This document shows, piece after piece, positions 7,146 to 11,922 of a stretch of DNA of 11,922 nucleotides. The translations under genes were made by a program, and so were the position numbers. The notes beneath the pieces were generated by a model, which had not been told where the DNA came from, did no database searches, and was given only the letters and a program-made list of their open reading frames with translations. Numbering within the stretch: position 1 is the stretch's first letter; each line of letters starts with the position of its first letter. This DNA is from Azolla caroliniana (lineage: Eukaryota > Plantae > Polypodiophyta), in NCBI GenBank assembly GCA_043228905.1, contig JBHGNT010001114.1, forward strand, positions 1 to 11,922, written 5' to 3'.

Positions 7146-8328
7146 GTATATATCCCATCGTTGTTGCTACTTACATTTTAATATCCTTAGTTATTTTTTG
7201 ATTTTGACCTCCACATAATTGTAGGAATACGTGGATGATGAATCTATTGAGATAAAACAACCACAACGAACTTCATCTTTGAAGAGGAACCGAGCTACAG
7301 AGGTCCACAACCTTTCTGAAAGGGTAAGTGTTTAAACTAAGATTTACATACAATATACATATTGTTAGGCATGGAACAATGTCACTTGAAGTCCTATTCA
7401 TGTATTTGAAATTGCATTTCGGTCTAATTAGAATCAATGTTAGCATTATGATTTTGTCCTCTAGAAGTTTATGATGGTCAAAATAAGGTAATGCATTCAA
7501 CTAAGAAGGTATCAAAATTCGCATTTGACACAGAATCGACGAAATCGAATCAACGAGAAATTGAAGGCTTTACAAGATCTTATACCAAATTCAACTAAGG
7601 TTTGTGAAATCATGGCTTGCATTTGCATATATCTAGTCAATATTTACAACCCATTATTTTGTTTTGTGAAACTTCAATATTTAGACAGACAAAGCTTCAG
7701 TGCTTGACGAGGCGATCGAGTACATGAAAAGATTGCAAATGCAACTACAGGTGACTAATCAATAGTGAGTTAATATTCCCAAATTACATTCCCACTTTTT
7801 TCTTAACACAAAAGAGTTTGAGTTGAGAAAAAATTTTACTTCAAACTAGATGGTTTCTATGAGGAGCGGGATAAATGTATCACCATTAATGATTCCAGTC
7901 ACTATGCCACATCTACAAATGGGCCCAATTCCAAATATGGGGCTAGGGGTGCCTATAGGGCATCCAAATATGGGTAACACGGGTAAAATGTGCATGGACA
8001 TGAGTGTGAGCCGAGGAACAAACCAATTAAAAAATCCATATGGAAATGGATGTGGTACTACCTCCAAATTAGGGTGCCAAGTCTCTAGTAGTGATGAATT
8101 TCCCATCGAAGCTACACCCATGGAACATAACTCACCTCAAGTATCAACTAAGGTATTAATAATATGCATTTATTTTTATATTTGTAGAATAAAAGGATTT
8201 TGATTGTGAAACCATAATGTTAGTATTTTATGCATTTGCTTATGTAGCTCCCAGAACGAGGGTATGCTGTGGTAGAATTACACCAATCTCAAGAGCAAGA
8301 ACAACATTTATTCTCAATGTTCCCATGA
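5460..8328 (+). CDS. PIF: PIF-like bHLH transcription factor (group VII), 6 coding exons: 5460-7145, 7225-7323, 7534-7599, 7685-7750, 7850-8152, 8248-8328; ~766 aa
   Basis: Spliced bHLH: [65 protein letters not shown]. Also a PIF-type EELVTWLEYPIEDP motif (5577-5618), a pre-bHLH acidic segment CHNE/EYVDDES and a Met/Gly/Pro-rich C-terminus. All five introns are GT-AG, phase 0, with no in-frame stops. The start codon (5460, 5472 or 5490) and last exon are less certain. Confidence 0.9.
5520..5582 (+). repeat. GAT/GAA-rich low-complexity tract encoding an acidic run
   Basis: Encodes EEDGDGDDDENEDEDEDEGEE, including repeated GAAGAT units. Confidence 0.9.
5712..5855 (+). repeat. Coding tandem repeat, 3 x 48 bp (16 aa, STIANPNIRRTIQESP-like)
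   Basis: Units start at 5712, 5760 and 5808. Flanked by two WPSSSSPS blocks (5688 and 5868). Confidence 0.95.
6552..6857 (+). repeat. Coding tandem duplication, 2 x 153 bp (51 aa)
   Basis: Copies 6552-6704 and 6705-6857 differ at 4 positions by my alignment (L>S, one synonymous, Y>S, V>D). Confidence 0.96.
7225..7323 (+). CDS. PIF: PIF-like exon 2 (acidic segment and basic region)
   Basis: TTGTAG| acceptor; [42 protein letters not shown] donor. Confidence 0.92.
7534..7599 (+). CDS. PIF: PIF-like exon 3 (helix 1 and loop)
   Basis: CAG| acceptor; 66 bp encoding [31 protein letters not shown] donor. Confidence 0.93.
7685..7750 (+). CDS. PIF: PIF-like exon 4 (helix 2)
   Basis: TTTAG| acceptor; 66 bp encoding [31 protein letters not shown] donor. 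Confidence 0.93.
7850..8152 (+). CDS. PIF: PIF-like exon 5 (Met/Gly/Pro-rich C-terminal region)
   Basis: CTAG| acceptor; MVSMRSGINVSPLMIPVTMPHLQMGPIPNMGLG...; likely donor AAG|GTATTA at 8152, with an alternative in-frame donor CAA|GTATCA at 8140. Confidence 0.8.
8248..8328 (+). CDS. PIF: PIF-like probable last coding exon
   Basis: T-rich tract ending TGTAG| at 8247; LPERGYAVVELHQSQEQEQHLFSMFP* with stop TGA at 8326-8328. No homology support, only splice-signal logic. Confidence 0.55.
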   Translation, partial: LPERGYAVVELHQSQEQEQHLFSMFP

Positions 8329-8526
8329 TTATGACTCATGAGAAGTATAAATATCATATCCCTGCATTCAACCATTGGAAGAATGTTTTCTACACTAGCA
8401 AATAAGTACATTCTTAACTTTATGATACCTTTTTTGTTTTGCCGATAAATGATAGAAATTAGGTGAAACCATATAAAACCCCATGAACTTTGAAGTGTCC
8501 TTATCTTTCTTACCTCAATCAACCCT

Positions 8527-8535
8527 ACACGTGGC
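8527..8535. promoter_or_regulatory. G-box/ABRE-type motif ACACGTGGC downstream of the PIF-like gene
   Basis: Exact CACGTG at 8528-8533 with typical ABRE flanks, ~200 bp after the predicted stop. Function not shown. Confidence 0.3.
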
Positions 8536-11500
8536 GTTTTAAGTATTGGGACAAGAGTTTGTGTATTTAGATGCTGCAAATTTTATGCCGATGATTCTTG
8601 TGGTTTAGAGGGTGAGGTCTTAAGTGGACTTGTATATAAATCAATGAGAAATAGGGCTACTTGAGTGTGCATACAAAGATACAAAACCTTCGAACCAGTT
8701 TTACAAGAGTCGAGATGTTTTGGAGGAACCTAAATTCGTGTGATAGTATACACCTTAGAGAAGTTTAGGATGAACCCAAATGTGGGTGGTTCATGTATAA
8801 CTAGAGTAGAATGCATGGTTCCATAAGTGATTTAGGAGGTGAGGCTTCTCCTTTGTCATTGTAAATTTTGGTGCATTCAAAATTTTGCACTATTCAAAGT
8901 TTTTGCCATGTAAATAGACAAGAATTTTGTCATTGAAGTTTTTAAAGTCATTTCTCACAAACACCACGTTTGACTCGTGTCATATAGAATATGATTTAAA
9001 TGACAAGAAAGAGTGTAGTGTTATGTTAAATGCTTGTAGGATAATATCATTAGAAAATTGTTATTTAGCTAACACCTATTCTTTATGCTCCTATGAGAAT
9101 AATCTATTGAAGTATTGTAATTTATATTGACATGTCACCTCACTAGTATAGTAGGTATGTATGTGAGATGCACTTAACTAATACGATAAGCAAGATGATT
9201 AAATTATTGAAGTGGGGAAGAGAAAGATAGTGTGCACTTGTAGAGGAGGATAGTCATTGGAATTTTTGGCCCGTTATGGAGAGTTATTAACCAAAGGCTT
9301 CTTATGAAGAGCTTTAGTATTGTGTTTGCTTGTTAATGAACAAATTGTAATCTTGTGATGCTAAGAAAAGATGCTTTTATCATATTGTTAATCTAAGAAA
9401 TTTGATAAATTATGTAAAAAACATTTTATGTTTGTAATCCCAATGATTATGATTGTTTTGTAATTTTGCTTGTGTACGTCTTGTCTTGTCACTTAAACCA
9501 GACGTTTCAAAAACTTCTCTTAGATGTTTTCCATGCATCACACCCCTCATTTTAAAAGACATCATTGTTGTAACTATGAAATGAAATTCAATTAACTATA
9601 GTATTGCCTTGCAACAACACGGGCACTTTTCTATAGCAAATTAAGGTAGATCTTTTCCGACATTTTTCAATGCCATCTTGGTCATATCCAATGATTGTCC
9701 AAATGGGTTGTTGTTCCCAAGAATGATATGAAGAACCTTATTGATATTTGATGAGTTCGTTATGTTTGTTTATCGCATGTTGCATGCTTGTCATGGCACA
9801 TGTTCTAGTTATGTAATATAACTCCATGATTAATGGTGGAGTTTGGAGACGGTCATATGATGCCCTCTCTCGACCATGAAGAGGACAAACAACCCCTCGT
9901 GCCATATCCTTACAACCTAGTTTGTATATTTCTATGGTTTAGTTAAATGAGCTCTAGCCCTCGCATCTATTTTGACTAGCAACAATGCTTCTATTATGAA
10001 TTGCCCTAGTTCAACGGATAACTTAACAAGATGGTGTAGATATAATCCTAGCGTTGATCTCTTCATATAAACAATAGCTTCTTGGGAAACCAAAGAAATT
10101 AACAAACAATTTGTGCTATGTTCATGTAAATTGTTTTCTTATATACAAAGTTTGGCCAAACGAGGATGTGATGTCATTGGCATTGTTCGGCACATTCTTT
10201 TACGAGTGGGTGGCGAGGTCATTGTATCATAAGAACCAAATTGAAAATTGGGAATTGAAGATACAATTTATGACGAGCAATTTCTCTACGTTTTCTTTTT
10301 CCTCAAAAGCCATGAAAGCAAGCTCAATTTAGAGTCATCAATATCTTCTTTCAACATCCTATTAGAAGTTGCAAATCATTGATATAAATTTCAAACTAGA
10401 GATTATTTAATCTACAAAGTTAAGATATCTTGAAACTCCGAAACAACTACGTTTTTCACGCCATATTTTGAAAGTTAAATCACATCGTAGTCCCATCATA
10501 GCTCCAATGTCAAGTTATAGAAAATCTTCAACCAACTTTAAAATATTGAAGAAATGTTCTATCGTCAAATTCAAATGTTCGAATTCAAATTGGCTAGCAT
10601 TTATATCCTTACCATTTCCCAATTAGTTTTCTTAAGTTTCCAATCACATACGCAAGCAAACAGCTAAACATAGGCATAGACCATGGTACTTTGCCAATTT
10701 TGGAGCCAATGAGTAAACATTAATTTTCTGATTTAATCTTGTTGTTCATGCTCAGCTCATTGTTGAGTGGTTAGTTCATGGTCAATTTATTGAATTCTAT
10801 GGGACCTTAGAAGATTGACTTGACCAATAACTCATGGAGGCAACGAATAACATCAAAATTTACACACCAATGTATGGAAAATGAATCAAGCGCAAACATT
10901 AGTGCAAAAAAAGTGGTCAATCATTATGGGGTTGTTCACAACACTTAACGTGTTTTGATTCAAACATTAAGACTTGTCACAAAGTTGTTGTCTTTGACCT
11001 TCCCAATTTCAACTTGTTCTTCTTCAAACAAAAACTTGAACAAAAATGAGCAACCTTTACAAAGTGATCATGGCTAGTTCAAGCAAATAATGAATGATCA
11101 ACTAGAATTTTGTTACTTGATCCAAATTGATGTACATAATACAAGTTAGTAGAAATTATAGCAACCACTAGAAATTAGAGGGGATTTTCAAATTACATTA
11201 TGCATTTTATATATGGTACTATAGAAAACTAGATAAGAGTTGCCAAAGTGGTTGAGTGATGTACAAGAGTCGTGATTCGTGAAGATAAGATCCAAACTTG
11301 GACTAACATAGAGACTATAAATGAATATTCTTTGCTACATATCGATGGTGTCATGATTTAAAAAATCCTAAGTAAGATGTCATGCTAAAGACGAATGAAA
11401 TCCGGTGTAAAAGTCAACCTAATGATTGCCCATTTTCGACATTAATTCACGAAATATAAAGATTAGCCATGATTGTTTTAATTTAAAAGATAAAAGCCAA

Positions 11501-11922
11501 ACTCATCATAAAGAAATAAAAAAAATCAATACAATAGCTATAAACTTGATGAGTATTTTAATATACGAGACATACACGTCAACCTAAGTTCTAACGTTCT
11601 CAATTGAGCAACACAACTCAACACACATGATCGATCAATTTTGGAGCTCATTGGACATTTGTTTTGTTGTTCATATGTTCATCGAATGTTTCCCATTTTC
11701 ATTCAATACTATGCGTAAGCGTCCAAATATATTTGTGTGAATTAATTATTGTTGTTCCCATTTTTAAGACGTTGAAAGAGAAGGAATGACAAGTACTATG
11801 AAAATCAAGTTGAATTAAAGACATGAATTTTTGTTGTTGTTTGGGATTGGGATTGTACAATACATCAAAGCAAGTGAACATTTATTCAGCCGGTGTTGAA
11901 TACTTGAGTTTGTGTTAGTTTG

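Noticed and set aside
5460-7181. 573-aa ORF as a complete standalone protein
   Set aside because: The last 11 codons are read-through into intron 1. A GT donor at 7146 joins in frame to the bHLH exons.
8153-8187. Alternative acceptor TTGTAG at 8187 for the last intron
   Set aside because: It would give an intron of only 35-47 nt, shorter than typical plant introns. The acceptor at 8247 gives 95 nt.
7525-8203. ORFs 7525-7707 and 7850-8203 as separate small genes
   Set aside because: They are exons 3 and 5 of the PIF-like gene extended into flanking introns.
10680-10990. Plus-strand fragments resembling a hAT-type transposase (LPILEPM; HYGVVHNT..IQTL)
   Set aside because: Matches are short, broken by stops, and in the wrong order relative to the hAT motifs they resemble.
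8927-11881. Short ORFs 8927-9130, 10111-10332 and 11699-11881
   Set aside because: They are 60-73 aa, lack motifs and splice support, and are of a length expected by chance in AT-rich intergenic DNA.

Overview
AT-rich eukaryotic land-plant DNA; a moss/bryophyte origin is my inference from the style of the PIF and transposon sequences. (1) 1-2749 is the 3' part of a decayed Ty1/copia LTR retrotransposon: integrase C-terminus, RT, RNase H, PPT and a 303-bp 3' LTR (TGTTGG...CCAACA). It abuts, and probably interrupts, a minus-strand non-LTR retrotransposon relic with a CCHC zinc finger (2750-~3146). (2) ~3150-5450 is intergenic/promoter sequence with a diverged ~171-bp duplication, a (TA)17 microsatellite, a 5-copy 29/30-bp minisatellite built on the palindrome ACTAATTAGT, a cluster of AGATTC/GAATCT motifs, a pyrimidine patch and a uORF. 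(3) 5460-8328 is a six-exon, apparently intact but divergent PIF-like (group VII) bHLH gene of ~766 aa. It has no visible APB motif and its first exon is expanded by in-frame 48-bp and 153-bp tandem repeats. (4) 8330-11922 is AT-rich non-coding DNA with one G-box and a possible very old transposase relic. I found no RNA genes, no CRISPR array and no clear evidence of a novel multi-gene system; the atypical PIF paralogue and its upstream repeat array are the most interesting items.
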